DNA from: Fibrobacteria bacterium
Lineage (GTDB): Bacteria; Fibrobacterota; Fibrobacteria; UBA11236
DNA length: 64,000 nucleotides
Reading direction: 5' to 3'
Assembly: GCA_043745805.1 (NCBI GenBank)
Contig: JAYTSD010000020.1
Location: forward strand, 145,527 to 209,526
Shown here piece by piece: positions 39,669 through 49,911 of this stretch. Both the position numbers and the translations under genes were made by a program. The stretch's first letter is position 1. Each line of letters starts with the position of its first letter. The notes under the pieces were generated by a model. The model was not told the DNA's origin. It saw only the letters and a program-made list of their open reading frames with translations, and did no database searches.

Positions 39669-40740
39669 AAAATCCTCCGTATTCCATTAACAAAGCCGTT
39701 AACAGAATATTGAATAATGCTAAAGGGATTAAACGTGTCCAACCCAAACGCATCAGCTGATCCCAGCGAAAGCGTGGCAAAGTCCAACGTACCCACATAA
39801 AAAAGAAAATCATAAAAATTACTTTAGCGAGGAAAATTCCAAAGCTCACCAAAGCTAAAACATACCAAGGTAAGCCACTTAACAGGGAAAGACCAGGCAA
39901 AGTCCATCCGCCTAAAAAGAGAGTAACAATGATGCTACACATAGTAAACAAGGCGGCGTATTCACCCAACATAAACCAAGCATAACGCATACCGGTATAT
40001 TCGGTGTGATAGCCGCCGACCAATTCTTGTTCCGCTTCAGGCAAATCAAAAGGCGCGCGATTAGTTTCGGCAAAGGCTGCGACTAAAAACAAAATAAAAG
40101 TCAAAGGTTGGCGTAAAATATTCCAAGCAGGAATAAAACCAAACATTAAATGATCTTGGCCTTTCACAATTTCACTCATATTTACAGAACCCGTCATCAT
40201 CACTAAAGAGACCACGGCCATTCCCATTACTATTTCATAACTAATTAATTGCGCAGAAGAGCGCACGCCACCGAGCAAAGCATATTGATTATTGGAAGAC
40301 CAGCCCGCAAAGGCAATGCCATAAGCGGCTAGCGAGGAAATAGAAAGTATCACTAATAATCCCATTTCAATATTAGAAATAGAAAGGACTCCATTTTCGC
40401 CGAGTAAAGTATTGGAACTAATACCTACGGGAATCATAGCGAAGGATAATACGCCAGGAATAAAAGCCATAATTGGCGCAGCCAAGAAAATTAATTTATC
40501 GGTATTATTCGGGAAAAAATCTTCTTTCCACATTAGCTTCACGGCATCGGCTATGCTTTGCAGTAATCCAAAGGGGCCTACGCGATTGGGACCTAAACGC
40601 AATTGAAAGCGGGCAGATACTTTACGCTCCATCCACACCATCATAGGAACAGCGGACATCACAATGCCCAAGCCAGCCAACATTTTAATCAGCAGGATGA
40701 CTAAAGGATTTTGGATAATTTCTAAGGCGAGAGCTATCAT
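39658..40740 (-). CDS. nuoH: NADH-quinone oxidoreductase subunit H
   Basis: ERKVSA..Q.RLGPNRVGPFG, AETNRAPFDLPEAE and RWTLPRFRWDQLM motifs. Confidence 0.97.
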   Translation of the reverse strand: MIALALEIIQNPLVILLIKMLAGLGIVMSAVPMMVWMERKVSARFQLRLGPNRVGPFGLLQSIADAVKLMWKEDFFPNNTDKLIFLAAPIMAFIPGVLSFAMIPVGISSNTLLGENGVLSISNIEMGLLVILSISSLAAYGIAFAGWSSNNQYALLGGVRSSAQLISYEIVMGMAVVSLVMMTGSVNMSEIVKGQDHLMFGFIPAWNILRQPLTFILFLVAAFAETNRAPFDLPEAEQELVGGYHTEYTGMRYAWFMLGEYAALFTMCSIIVTLFLGGWTLPGLSLLSGLPWYVLALVSFGIFLAKVIFMIFFFMWVRWTLPRFRWDQLMRLGWTRLIPLALFNILLTALLMEYGGFYVR

Positions 40741-42179
40741 GCCTTCACCTTTGATTTTTGTTCGCGTGCGAGTTCCATCAAGATTTCAACTTCAGGACGG
40801 CCATAAGTCAGTGGTTCCATCACTGGCGTAAAACTCTGCGCTAAACCCTTGCCATTTACAAAGGTTCCCGATTTTTCAAAATGCGTGAGTGTAGGCAACG
40901 CTACGGCAATGTTACCGTAACGCAATAGTTCCGTTTCGGCGAAGTCCAATAAAATTACTTTTTGCGTGCGATCAAGTATGGATTTCAATTCCGCAGTCAA
41001 TTTGAAATTGGGGATATTGTTCACCAAAATCAAGCAATCGATAATGTTTTTTTCTCCGGCCAATTGAGCAAGGGAAGCATCGGGGTCATTGCCAAAAATT
41101 TCTTTCACTCCGGAACGATTTGGGTTTTTATCTCCACTAATCGTGAAGCCCGGAAATACTTGATCCTTTTGACTGCCATTAGCATAGCTATAAATGGATC
41201 CATCAATATCATTGGATAAATTTTTCAAAGCTTGCAGAGCTTCATTGGTATTCCAAGCACTCGCGAGAATAACGGTTTTGCTTTGCAAAAGCTCGGCGGC
41301 TGCTTTGCGTGCGTCTTTCCAACTCACGGCTACACCTTCTACTAAAGGCTTGGCCAAACGCTTTTCATATACATAAGGAAAGCTTAAACGACCAGCATCG
41401 CACATCCATTCTTTATTCACTTCATTATTGCGACGCGGGACAATGCGTTTGATGACATCTTTTTTATCCATGTCCACACGCGTGTTACAACCTATGGTGC
41501 AGTCGGGACAAATAGAAGGTTTTTCATGCAAATGCCAGACACGAGTTTGATAAAGAAAATCCGAAGATACTAAAGCGCCCACAGGACAAATATCCACGGT
41601 ATTCAGGGATAAAGGATTATCCAAAGTTTGACCTGGGAATACAGCAATTTCGCTGCGGTCGCCACGATTAATCACGCCGAGTTCTTTCGTGCCACTCACT
41701 TCATCGGTAAAGCGTACGCAACGTGTGCAGACAATACAACGCGAGCCCCAGTATTTCACATGTTGGCCCATAGTGGCTTTAGACTTAATCACTTTTTCTT
41801 CTTCAAAGCGGCCATGATCGCGGCCATATTCATAACTGTAGTTTTGCAAACGGCATTCGCCGGCTTGATCGCATTCGGGGCAATCCAGCGGATGATTAAT
41901 GAGCATAAATTCCATTACAGATTTACGCGCTTCTTCCACATCTTTACCCGTAGTGGTAACTTCCATGTTCTCCGTAACGGGCGTGGCACACGCGACCACT
42001 GGACGGGGCATACCTTTTACACCGACCATACAAATACGGCAATTACCGGCAACACTTAAATCGGGATGATAACAATAATGCGGAACATCTATACCATTAG
42101 CATGACAGGCTTTAATCACCGTGCTATCGGCAGGAACGGTAAATTCCTGCTCATTGATTTTGATTTTAACTTCTTTCAT
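40737..42179 (-). CDS. nuoG: NADH-quinone oxidoreductase subunit G (short form, 480 aa)
   Basis: PHYCYHPDLSVAGNCRICMV, NHPLDCPECDQAGEC, RCIVCTRCVRF and CPDCTIGC motifs. Confidence 0.93.
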   Translation of the reverse strand: MKEVKIKINEQEFTVPADSTVIKACHANGIDVPHYCYHPDLSVAGNCRICMVGVKGMPRPVVACATPVTENMEVTTTGKDVEEARKSVMEFMLINHPLDCPECDQAGECRLQNYSYEYGRDHGRFEEEKVIKSKATMGQHVKYWGSRCIVCTRCVRFTDEVSGTKELGVINRGDRSEIAVFPGQTLDNPLSLNTVDICPVGALVSSDFLYQTRVWHLHEKPSICPDCTIGCNTRVDMDKKDVIKRIVPRRNNEVNKEWMCDAGRLSFPYVYEKRLAKPLVEGVAVSWKDARKAAAELLQSKTVILASAWNTNEALQALKNLSNDIDGSIYSYANGSQKDQVFPGFTISGDKNPNRSGVKEIFGNDPDASLAQLAGEKNIIDCLILVNNIPNFKLTAELKSILDRTQKVILLDFAETELLRYGNIAVALPTLTHFEKSGTFVNGKGLAQSFTPVMEPLTYGRPEVEILMELAREQKSKVKA

Positions 42180-42205
42180 GCTTTCCTGCTCAGCGAATCA
42201 GCGCT

Positions 42206-43603
42206 TTAACGCTTTTCGGCTTCTTTCATTTTTTGCTTGGCGGTGGGCGTGATTTCATCGCGATAGCTGCGTTGGCGTTCCACGGTTTTCGCGGCTTTCA
42301 CACGCGCTTCGAAGTCCGCTTTAAAATGTTGCAAATAACTTTGCATAGGCATGGCTGCGGCATCCGCTAATACGCAAATAGTGCGTCCACGCATGTTCTT
42401 GGCGATATCGCCTAACAATTCCACATCGCCTTCACGACCTTCATTATGATGAAAACGATGCGCTACTTTTTCCAACCAACCTGTGCCTTCGCGACAAGGA
42501 GTGCACTGTCCACAACTTTCATGATGATAAAAGCGCATGGTATTATAAATGGACGACATCATATCGGTATCTTCATTTAATACGGTGATGCCACCGGAAC
42601 CCAACATGGAGCCTAAGCCTGCTATGCATTCATAATCCAAATTGGTTTGATCGAGCTTATCGGCCATAATCAATGGCGCGCTCATGCCACCTGGAATAAT
42701 GGCCTTTAATTTTTTGCCATCGCTTAAACCACCGCCTAATTTTTCAATCATATCGCGCATAGGGTAACCTAGCGGTACCTCATAAATTCCAGGTTTGTTT
42801 ACCGCACCGGACAAACAGAAAATTTTAAAACCAGGGCTTTTTTCCGTGCCCCATTGCTTATGCCAAGCGGGGCCGTTTTTGAGAATATGCACTACATTGG
42901 CAATGGTTTCCACATTGTTCACAATAGTGGGACAGCCAAATAAACCGGACACCGCAGGGAAAGGCGGTTTAATTTTGGGATAGCCGCGACCACCTTCGAT
43001 GGATGAAAGCATACCCGTTTCTTCGCCGCAAATATAGGCACCTGCACCGCGTATCACAGTGATTTTAAGATCAAAACCTTTGTCCAAAATATCTTTGCCG
43101 ACCAAACCTTTTTGTTTGGCATCGAGCATGGCTTGCTGTAAGCGTTGATAGCCTAAAATAAATTCGCCGCGCAAATAAATAAAAGCATGATGGCAACCAA
43201 TAGCATAAGAGGTGAGAATAACCCCTTCGATTAATTGGTGCGGATCGCGTTCTAAAATATACCGATCTTTAAAAGTACCCGGTTCACTTTCATCGCCATT
43301 CACGGCGAGATAAATCGGTTTGCCGGTGCCTTTAGCTAAGAAACTCCATTTTTTGCCCGTAGGAAAACCCGCGCCACCACGTCCGCGCAAACCGCTTTCA
43401 TCTATGGTTTTAATCATGGCAGCGGCATCGGAACCGATAAATTTCTTTACCGTATCGTAACCGCCACGTGACAAGTATTGTTCAATAGTATGCGAATCTT
43501 TATCATTAATATGTTTGAGCAAAACCGGCTCAAAGGGCACAATAGGCTTAGGTTCTGGAGCGGGTGCAGCCGCAGGTACCACAGGTGTTACTGGATCAGC
43601 CAT
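42206..43603 (-). CDS. nuoF: NADH-quinone oxidoreductase subunit F
   Basis: GLRGRGGAGFPTGKKW, DESEPGTFKDR, GAYICGEET and ESCGQCTPCREG motifs. Confidence 0.97.
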   Translation of the reverse strand: MADPVTPVVPAAAPAPEPKPIVPFEPVLLKHINDKDSHTIEQYLSRGGYDTVKKFIGSDAAAMIKTIDESGLRGRGGAGFPTGKKWSFLAKGTGKPIYLAVNGDESEPGTFKDRYILERDPHQLIEGVILTSYAIGCHHAFIYLRGEFILGYQRLQQAMLDAKQKGLVGKDILDKGFDLKITVIRGAGAYICGEETGMLSSIEGGRGYPKIKPPFPAVSGLFGCPTIVNNVETIANVVHILKNGPAWHKQWGTEKSPGFKIFCLSGAVNKPGIYEVPLGYPMRDMIEKLGGGLSDGKKLKAIIPGGMSAPLIMADKLDQTNLDYECIAGLGSMLGSGGITVLNEDTDMMSSIYNTMRFYHHESCGQCTPCREGTGWLEKVAHRFHHNEGREGDVELLGDIAKNMRGRTICVLADAAAMPMQSYLQHFKADFEARVKAAKTVERQRSYRDEITPTAKQKMKEAEKR

Positions 43604-44240
43604 TTTTCCCTGCTTTATTTTTCAAATAAGGATCTTTATCTTCCATATGTCTTGCACCTGTATCCGCATCATGTTCAAAGCGTTGATGCACGGGAAGCGT
43701 AATCACTCGACCATCCATACGAATAGGTGTTTGGCCCTTATAGCTTTCGGAAGTTTTACCATGTTGCGCTAAAAGGCTATCGATATAATTGTCGAGCGCC
43801 GCGCCTTTCATTGAACAAAAATGTTCGCTGTCTTTTTGAATGACAGGAGGTTTATCGCAATCCGCTAAGCATTCCACTTTTTCACAAGAGAATAAGCCAT
43901 CCGCTGTGCGTTCGCCCGCACCAATTCCGAGTTTAGCTTGGATTTGGTTTAAAGCTTGTTTGGTATCGCCGCCCATTGAGCACATCAGTGTTGCGCAAAC
44001 CATAAAACGATGTTGACCATGACAAGGGCGTTTAAAATGCGTGTAAAATGTTACCATGCCTTGTACATGCGAGACACTCACTTCGCAAAGGTCAGCTACC
44101 ATTTGCATCGCTTCATCATCGATAAAACCAAATTGCTCTTCGGCTAAACGTAAAGTCATCATTAAAGTCGAACGCTTATTGGGATACTCTTCGACATATT
44201 CTTGAAATGTCGCCATGCGCTCGGGGCTAAAGGTTTTCAT
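43596..44240 (-). CDS. nuoE: NADH-quinone oxidoreductase subunit E
   Basis: VTFYT, CATLMC and ECLADC 2Fe-2S ligands; position between nuoD and nuoF. Confidence 0.92.
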   Translation of the reverse strand: MKTFSPERMATFQEYVEEYPNKRSTLMMTLRLAEEQFGFIDDEAMQMVADLCEVSVSHVQGMVTFYTHFKRPCHGQHRFMVCATLMCSMGGDTKQALNQIQAKLGIGAGERTADGLFSCEKVECLADCDKPPVIQKDSEHFCSMKGAALDNYIDSLLAQHGKTSESYKGQTPIRMDGRVITLPVHQRFEHDADTGARHMEDKDPYLKNKAGKNG

Positions 44241-45448
44241 CGATCCAATTCTCCCGCGATAATATTAAAAGACGCCAACATCGCCACCAAATCGGCAATC
44301 ATTGCACCAGGGAGCAATTTGCTGAATACCGGATAATTGATAAAAGAAGGGGGACGTATGCGTATGCGCCAAGGATTAGAAGTGCCGTCGGAAACAATAT
44401 GGAAACCGAGTTCGCCATTAGGCGCTTCCGTGCCGAAATACATATCGGTTACGGGGGCATGTATGCCATGATTTTCGCCCGGCATAATCATTTTAAAATG
44501 GTGAATCAAAGATTCCATATCTTTATAAGCGGAATTTTTGTCCGGTAATATTCTTTTTTGATCTGCAAATTGAATCGGGCCGGGTTCCAATAATTTCAGA
44601 GCTTGGCGCACAATGGAAATACTTTGTTCCATTTCATCCAAGCGAATTTTATAACGCGCTAAAGTATCGCCTTGCGTATGAATAGGTACTTCAAAGTTCA
44701 CTTCGGAGTAGCATAAATAAGGTTTGAATTTACGAATATCATAAGCCACACCCGAAGCTCTCGCCATGGGGCCGGTAATACCATAACTCAAAGCATCTTC
44801 TTTAGTAATAACACCAACACCTTGGGTACGATCTAAAAAAATGCGATTATTATAAAAGCTAGTGCGTAACTTATCGATGGTGCCCTGCATTTCGTCGAGT
44901 ATTTTTAATACACGCTTATCAAAGTCAGCGGGCAAGTCAAAAGCTAGGCCGCCCACGCGGGCATAGCTCGTGGTGAGTCGCGTACCGGTTACGGCTTCGA
45001 ATACATCGTATAATTTCTCTCTATCCACAAAGGTCCAGAGAATAGCACTAAATGCGCCTAAGTCCATGGTCATAGCGCCAACCGACAAGCTATGATCGGC
45101 CAAGCGTGACAATTCGCACAAAATAGTACGAATGACTTGGCAGCGACGTGGCGTTTCGATACCCAGCAATTCTTCCACGGCTAATGCGAAGCCGATATTA
45201 TTATTCAGTGGCGAAAAATAATTGAGACGGTCGGTGAGTGTGATGAATTGATTATAAGTGCGATATTCACCGAGCTTTTCAAAACCTGTATGTAAAAATC
45301 CAATTTCTTGCTCGGCAGCAACAATGCGTTCCCCGCGTACTTCCAGCTTCACGCGCAAAGTGCCATGCATGGCTGGATGCGAAGGGCCCACATTCATATG
45401 TACGGTGTTTTCAGTTTGGTCGACTATTTCTTTTTCGTAAGAATACAT
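44237..45448 (-). CDS. nuoD: NADH-quinone oxidoreductase subunit D
   Basis: NVGPSHPAMHGTLR, GFLHTGFEK, EAPNGELG and a GELDR C-terminus. Confidence 0.97.
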   Translation of the reverse strand: MYSYEKEIVDQTENTVHMNVGPSHPAMHGTLRVKLEVRGERIVAAEQEIGFLHTGFEKLGEYRTYNQFITLTDRLNYFSPLNNNIGFALAVEELLGIETPRRCQVIRTILCELSRLADHSLSVGAMTMDLGAFSAILWTFVDREKLYDVFEAVTGTRLTTSYARVGGLAFDLPADFDKRVLKILDEMQGTIDKLRTSFYNNRIFLDRTQGVGVITKEDALSYGITGPMARASGVAYDIRKFKPYLCYSEVNFEVPIHTQGDTLARYKIRLDEMEQSISIVRQALKLLEPGPIQFADQKRILPDKNSAYKDMESLIHHFKMIMPGENHGIHAPVTDMYFGTEAPNGELGFHIVSDGTSNPWRIRIRPPSFINYPVFSKLLPGAMIADLVAMLASFNIIAGELDR

Positions 45449-45450
45449 GT

Positions 45451-45996
45451 CTAACTCTCTTGATTTTCTTTATGCGTGGCCTGATATACAGGGAAGCTTG
45501 AGCGCTCACCGCGGCCGCGCAAAGGATAGTCCTTGCGCAAAGGATGCCCTTCAAAATCATCGGGCATTAAAATGCGTTTTAAATCGGGATGACCCGTAAA
45601 CTCAATGCCGTATAAATCAAAGACTTCGCGTTCAGTCCAATTGGCACCTGCAAAAAGTGAGGTAACACTGGCGATACTCAATTCCGCTTCCGAAACAAAA
45701 GCTTGCACTTGCGTTTTGATTCCCAATTTAGTGGACATCAAAGTATAAGAGATTACAAAGCGTTCTAATTTTTTTTCCGGATAGTTCAAATAATCAATGC
45801 CAGCTAAGTCGATAAAATAATCAAAGGCGAGTTCGGCATCGTTTTTTAAAAACTCGATTAATGCAAAAGCATTTTCGGCTTTAACACGAAAGACATGGTA
45901 TTGAGATTTTTCTTCGCGACTTAAAATTTTGTCGCTGGCAAAAGCTTCGACTTTAGTGACGAGCTTGAGATGGTTTTCGGGAGTATAAATCAACAT
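45451..45996 (-). CDS. nuoC: NADH-quinone oxidoreductase subunit C
   Basis: ANWTEREVFDLYGIEFTGHPDLKRIL and GHPLRKDYP motifs. Likely start is the ATG at 45996. Confidence 0.95.
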   Translation of the reverse strand: MLIYTPENHLKLVTKVEAFASDKILSREEKSQYHVFRVKAENAFALIEFLKNDAELAFDYFIDLAGIDYLNYPEKKLERFVISYTLMSTKLGIKTQVQAFVSEAELSIASVTSLFAGANWTEREVFDLYGIEFTGHPDLKRILMPDDFEGHPLRKDYPLRGRGERSSFPVYQATHKENQES

Positions 45997-46015
45997 AGGC
46001 AAACAGCGAAAAAAC

Positions 46016-46510
46016 TTAAGCTTTATCGTCGGTGATAAATTCTTGCGCCTTTTCAATTCCTTTCTTGGCTTTCTCTTGCACCATCATGAGAGCGTCTAAG
46101 AACGCTTCAGGACGTGGAGGGCAGCCCGGCATATAGGCATCAACAGGGATAAATTGATCTACCCCTTGAATCAAAGTATAAGTATCAAACACACCGCCGC
46201 TAGAAGCACATGCACCCATGGAAATACACCATTTTGGCCCGGGCATTTGTTCCCAGATACGTAACAAAACCGGCATCATTTTAATGGAGATACGTCCGGA
46301 GACAATCATCAAATCACTTTGACGAGGGGAAAATTTCATTACTTCAGATCCGAAACGAGCCGTGTCATATTTCGACATGAAGGAGGCCATCATTTCAATA
46401 CCGCAACAGGCGGTGCCAAAAGGCATAGGCCATAAACTATTGGCGCGCGCCCAGTTAATGGCGGTATTTACTGTAGTCGTTACATAATCATTTTGCGCAG
46501 CTAATCCCAT
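46016..46510 (-). CDS. nuoB: NADH-quinone oxidoreductase subunit B
   Basis: [26 protein letters not shown] and PGCPPRPE motifs. Confidence 0.97.
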   Translation of the reverse strand: MGLAAQNDYVTTTVNTAINWARANSLWPMPFGTACCGIEMMASFMSKYDTARFGSEVMKFSPRQSDLMIVSGRISIKMMPVLLRIWEQMPGPKWCISMGACASSGGVFDTYTLIQGVDQFIPVDAYMPGCPPRPEAFLDALMMVQEKAKKGIEKAQEFITDDKA

Positions 46511-46863
46511 TCAAGCGCCTTTGTCTTAAGGATATAAAATAGGCCCAAGCCTAAGATGATGAGGAAAAATAATACCGCGGGTAATGCACCTGCACCTACC
46601 ATTTTGCGAAAGCCTACGGCCCAAGGCAAAAGGAAAATCGTTTCTACGTCGAAGAGAATAAATAGCAAAGCGAAAACATAAAATTTCAAAGCGAAAGGTT
46701 TATGCGGATTATCCATTTGATCCACGCCGCATTCATAAGGCAAGAATTTGTCTTTGGAAAATAATTTTTTAGGTCCTAATAAAGCCGCTAAAACCAAGGC
46801 TATAACTCCTACAGCGAGGATTATCAGTCCATAAACAACTAAAGGCAAGTATTGATTGATCAT
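46501..46863 (-). CDS. nuoA: NADH-quinone oxidoreductase subunit A
   Basis: [20 protein letters not shown] and ALEWD motifs. Likely start is the ATG at 46863. Confidence 0.95.
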   Translation of the reverse strand: MINQYLPLVVYGLIILAVGVIALVLAALLGPKKLFSKDKFLPYECGVDQMDNPHKPFALKFYVFALLFILFDVETIFLLPWAVGFRKMVGAGALPAVLFFLIILGLGLFYILKTKALEWD

Positions 46864-47136
46864 TATTTTAGTCTCATATTTCGAGCCGATTTTGAGTCGG
46901 AAACTCTGCCGAAGAGTACCAAATTCCAGCTGCTTTTGCAACCCAAGTTTGGGGCTGGGACAATACATGTCGGGCTTAAAAGGACTTGAGCAAAACCTAA
47001 ATAAAAATGGATTCTTTCGGCATTTGAGTATGCCCTTTGGGAATGAAAGTTTAATTGAGGCATTAAGTTGCGCTTTAGCCTTTTAATCATGGTTTCCATG
47101 CTGGTCAAATGACAAAACTCCGCGTATAATCTGAAT

Positions 47137-48159
47137 ATGCGCGACTTTAAACTTCACTTTGCTCGTTGGCCATACTATGTGTTTTGTGTATTGTTGGCCG
47201 CATGGCATTGGGGCTGTCTAGGCAAACCCTCGAATCTAAGCCTTAGCGAAGAGCCCAAGGAAAATAAAGAAGGCAAAGACATTAAAGACAGCGCTTTAAA
47301 TTCATGGCATAAAGAATTTGGCATTTATCAATGGGATAAAGATTCGAGTTATGCCGGTGGATTGCAACAGGATATTAATCGCATCGGCATTTCACCCAAA
47401 TACGCTTTATACTTTGTGGATAAAGAGCGCGGCTTCCCCAAAGAAATTGTAGAGTTCAATGAATCCCAACATATTCACACGGTGCTGAGCCAAGAGCTTT
47501 GCACCTATGCTGATAAAGATAATCCACATATTCTCGATTCCATTTTACAAGGCAAATGGGATGCCTATTTTCATCGCTTTGCTAAAGCGGCAAAAGCGTC
47601 CAATCAAATCGTTTATTATCGTTTTGGCTATGAAATGAATGGCGATTGGTTTGCCTGGGGAGAACAACCTGAGAAGTTTACTAAAGCTTGGCGTCGCGCA
47701 TGGAAAATTTTTCATGATGAAAAAGCCAACAATGTTAAATGGGTGTTTAGTGCTAATGTAGTATGGGGAAGTCGCACCGTAACCTCAGACATACTCCCTT
47801 ATTATCCCGGCACTCGCTATGTGGATGTGGTGGGTTTAGATGGCTATAATTTCGGCGATAATTATTCGCGTAAGCATACTTGGCAATCCTATCAGCAGGT
47901 TTTCCAATCCTCCTTGAATGGAATGAAAAAACATTTTAAAGGCAAGCCTTTATGGATTACAGAAATAGGTTGCGCCGATGGTGCTCGTAAAGCCGCATGG
48001 ATACAGGATTTTTTTCAACACTTTAATGCCGATCCGGCGATACGAGTTTTTGTATGGTTTAATGAAAATAAACAATATGCAGGTGAACCAAATTGGCGTT
48101 TCGATAGCGATGGCGACTCACTGAAAAAATTTCGCCAATGGGCGATGTCGCATAATTGA
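47137..48159 (+). CDS. Glycoside hydrolase family 26 protein (possible lipoprotein)
   Basis: RFGYEMNGDWFAW, YYPG..YVDVVGLDGYN and KPLWITEIG motifs. Confidence 0.88.
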   Translation: MRDFKLHFARWPYYVFCVLLAAWHWGCLGKPSNLSLSEEPKENKEGKDIKDSALNSWHKEFGIYQWDKDSSYAGGLQQDINRIGISPKYALYFVDKERGFPKEIVEFNESQHIHTVLSQELCTYADKDNPHILDSILQGKWDAYFHRFAKAAKASNQIVYYRFGYEMNGDWFAWGEQPEKFTKAWRRAWKIFHDEKANNVKWVFSANVVWGSRTVTSDILPYYPGTRYVDVVGLDGYNFGDNYSRKHTWQSYQQVFQSSLNGMKKHFKGKPLWITEIGCADGARKAAWIQDFFQHFNADPAIRVFVWFNENKQYAGEPNWRFDSDGDSLKKFRQWAMSHN

Positions 48160-48197
48160 GCGGACTTTTAAGCGAGCTTCAAAGAGAATCTCAAAGT

Positions 48198-49832
48198 TTA
48201 AGCTTTATGTTCCGGTCTTAATAAATCGGTAGCTTTTTTCACTGGCGAAAAAGTAGTAGCTGGAAGTTCAACAAAAACCGTATTCCAAAACCCCATAGCT
48301 CCATTCCAAAGTCCAGGCCATTCCAAGGCGAGTAAATCTCTTCCCAAATACGATTTATGAATAATGCAATAAGTGGAATTATCAACAAAATCCAGCAGAT
48401 TAAAAGGCGACCCATTTTTATCCCGCAATCCACAAACAATATCTACCGGATTAAAATGTGTTGAGCCCTTAACTATGGATGCTTGCAACGGATTAGTGAT
48501 GTCGATTTGATGTATTTCTAATATTTGCACACGCAAAATACCTTCGCCATCACGCACCCAAAAAGGACCGCCGCCAGGTTCGCCTTGATTTTTAATCATG
48601 GCACAAACACGTATAGGACGATTTAATAAGTGCAGAAAAAAGTTTTTTAAAACTTCTCCAGTTTGCATGCTAGCAGGTATTCGTTTTTCTTCCGGTAGGC
48701 GCAAGCCCAAATTTTGCTCCGCAAAGTTAACGATTTCTGCAAATAAGGTACCATACAAAGTACGACTCTCCGAGGTTTCATCCAAGGTGTCGGTAAAAAT
48801 AGGCAAGGCCTCTAAACGGTTAAGCAAGGAAAAGATTTGTTGTTGCAAATAAATGAGCAAGCCACCCATGGCTCGGCGATATTTTAATGCTTCGGGTTTT
48901 AATCTATCGGGTTGCACATTATCAATATTTTTAAGGAAGATTATATCGCTTTGGGTATTTTGCAAATTTTCTAAAAGTACGCCATGTCCTGCTGGACGAA
49001 ATAGTATTTGCCCTTTGCCATCGCGAAAAGGTTGAAAGTGTTCATCGGCGGCAATAGTATCAGTATGCGGAAGCTGTTCAGAAAAACTAATTTCATAGCG
49101 AATATTCTGCTTTGTAAAAGCTTTGCTGGACTCTTGAGCCAATGTTTCCAAGGCTTTGCGATGTTCAGGCGATACGGTGAAATGTATCCTGCATAATCCT
49201 GTGGCATCTGCCGCATCTGCTTCTGCATCTACTAAATGCTCTGCAAATGAAGTTCGGATTTCTTGCGCATATTTATGAAAGGGAATGAGAGCCTTGGGTA
49301 AGAACGATAGAGCTAAACCGCGCTCGCCAAAGAGATAATCCAATAAAGCGGAGTAGCCGCCTTTTTCCAAAAGACTATTCAGTGAAAGCCCGTCACGTAG
49401 TAAAACTTTTTCTAAGGCGGGAGTAAAAGCAAAAGCTGATAAATTTTGAAAAAATAATTGCGCATCAGCGGCTTCTTTAGAGCCTTTTTGAGCTTCAAGC
49501 TCCAAGGATTGCGGTGAAATTTGGCTTTTACCCCGTAACAGCAAAAGGCTTTGAAACATCCGGGTGCTGGCTCCCGAAGCGGGAATAAATTTGGTAATGT
49601 GTCCTGCCTGCTGGGCATGCGCAAAAAGATGTTCATAGCGTTGAATAGAGACTTCATTGAGTGGAAAGATGCCATCATTGAATGCGCAGCTTTTTTCCAC
49701 CGCCACAAATTGCGTTCCTTTACGAATCAAATCGAGTTGCTGTAAAAGCTTTGCTTCATCCATGCGACGTAGGTTTATTTGGCGCAAGTCATTTTCGGAA
49801 AAAATCGAGTTCAGTGTTTTAATCCTTATCAT
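48198..49832 (-). CDS. DUF4301-family protein (nucleotidyltransferase-like)
   Basis: KFIPASGASTRMF, FRPAGHG.L.ENL, KNIDNV, GEPGGGPFW, THFNPVD and PGLWNGAM motifs. Confidence 0.85.
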   Translation of the reverse strand: MIRIKTLNSIFSENDLRQINLRRMDEAKLLQQLDLIRKGTQFVAVEKSCAFNDGIFPLNEVSIQRYEHLFAHAQQAGHITKFIPASGASTRMFQSLLLLRGKSQISPQSLELEAQKGSKEAADAQLFFQNLSAFAFTPALEKVLLRDGLSLNSLLEKGGYSALLDYLFGERGLALSFLPKALIPFHKYAQEIRTSFAEHLVDAEADAADATGLCRIHFTVSPEHRKALETLAQESSKAFTKQNIRYEISFSEQLPHTDTIAADEHFQPFRDGKGQILFRPAGHGVLLENLQNTQSDIIFLKNIDNVQPDRLKPEALKYRRAMGGLLIYLQQQIFSLLNRLEALPIFTDTLDETSESRTLYGTLFAEIVNFAEQNLGLRLPEEKRIPASMQTGEVLKNFFLHLLNRPIRVCAMIKNQGEPGGGPFWVRDGEGILRVQILEIHQIDITNPLQASIVKGSTHFNPVDIVCGLRDKNGSPFNLLDFVDNSTYCIIHKSYLGRDLLALEWPGLWNGAMGFWNTVFVELPATTFSPVKKATDLLRPEHKA

Positions 49833-49911
49833 AAGCCGCGAAGGCTAATTGCGCAAAATCAAGTTGGGCGGACAATTTAGGAAAAAGTAGCCCCAAAGCA
49901 AAGTATGTTTT

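Noticed and set aside
46864-47108. Longer nuoA start and overlapping small ORFs
   Set aside because: The extension has no NuoA-like character. The region is better read as the divergent promoter between nuoA and the GH26 gene.
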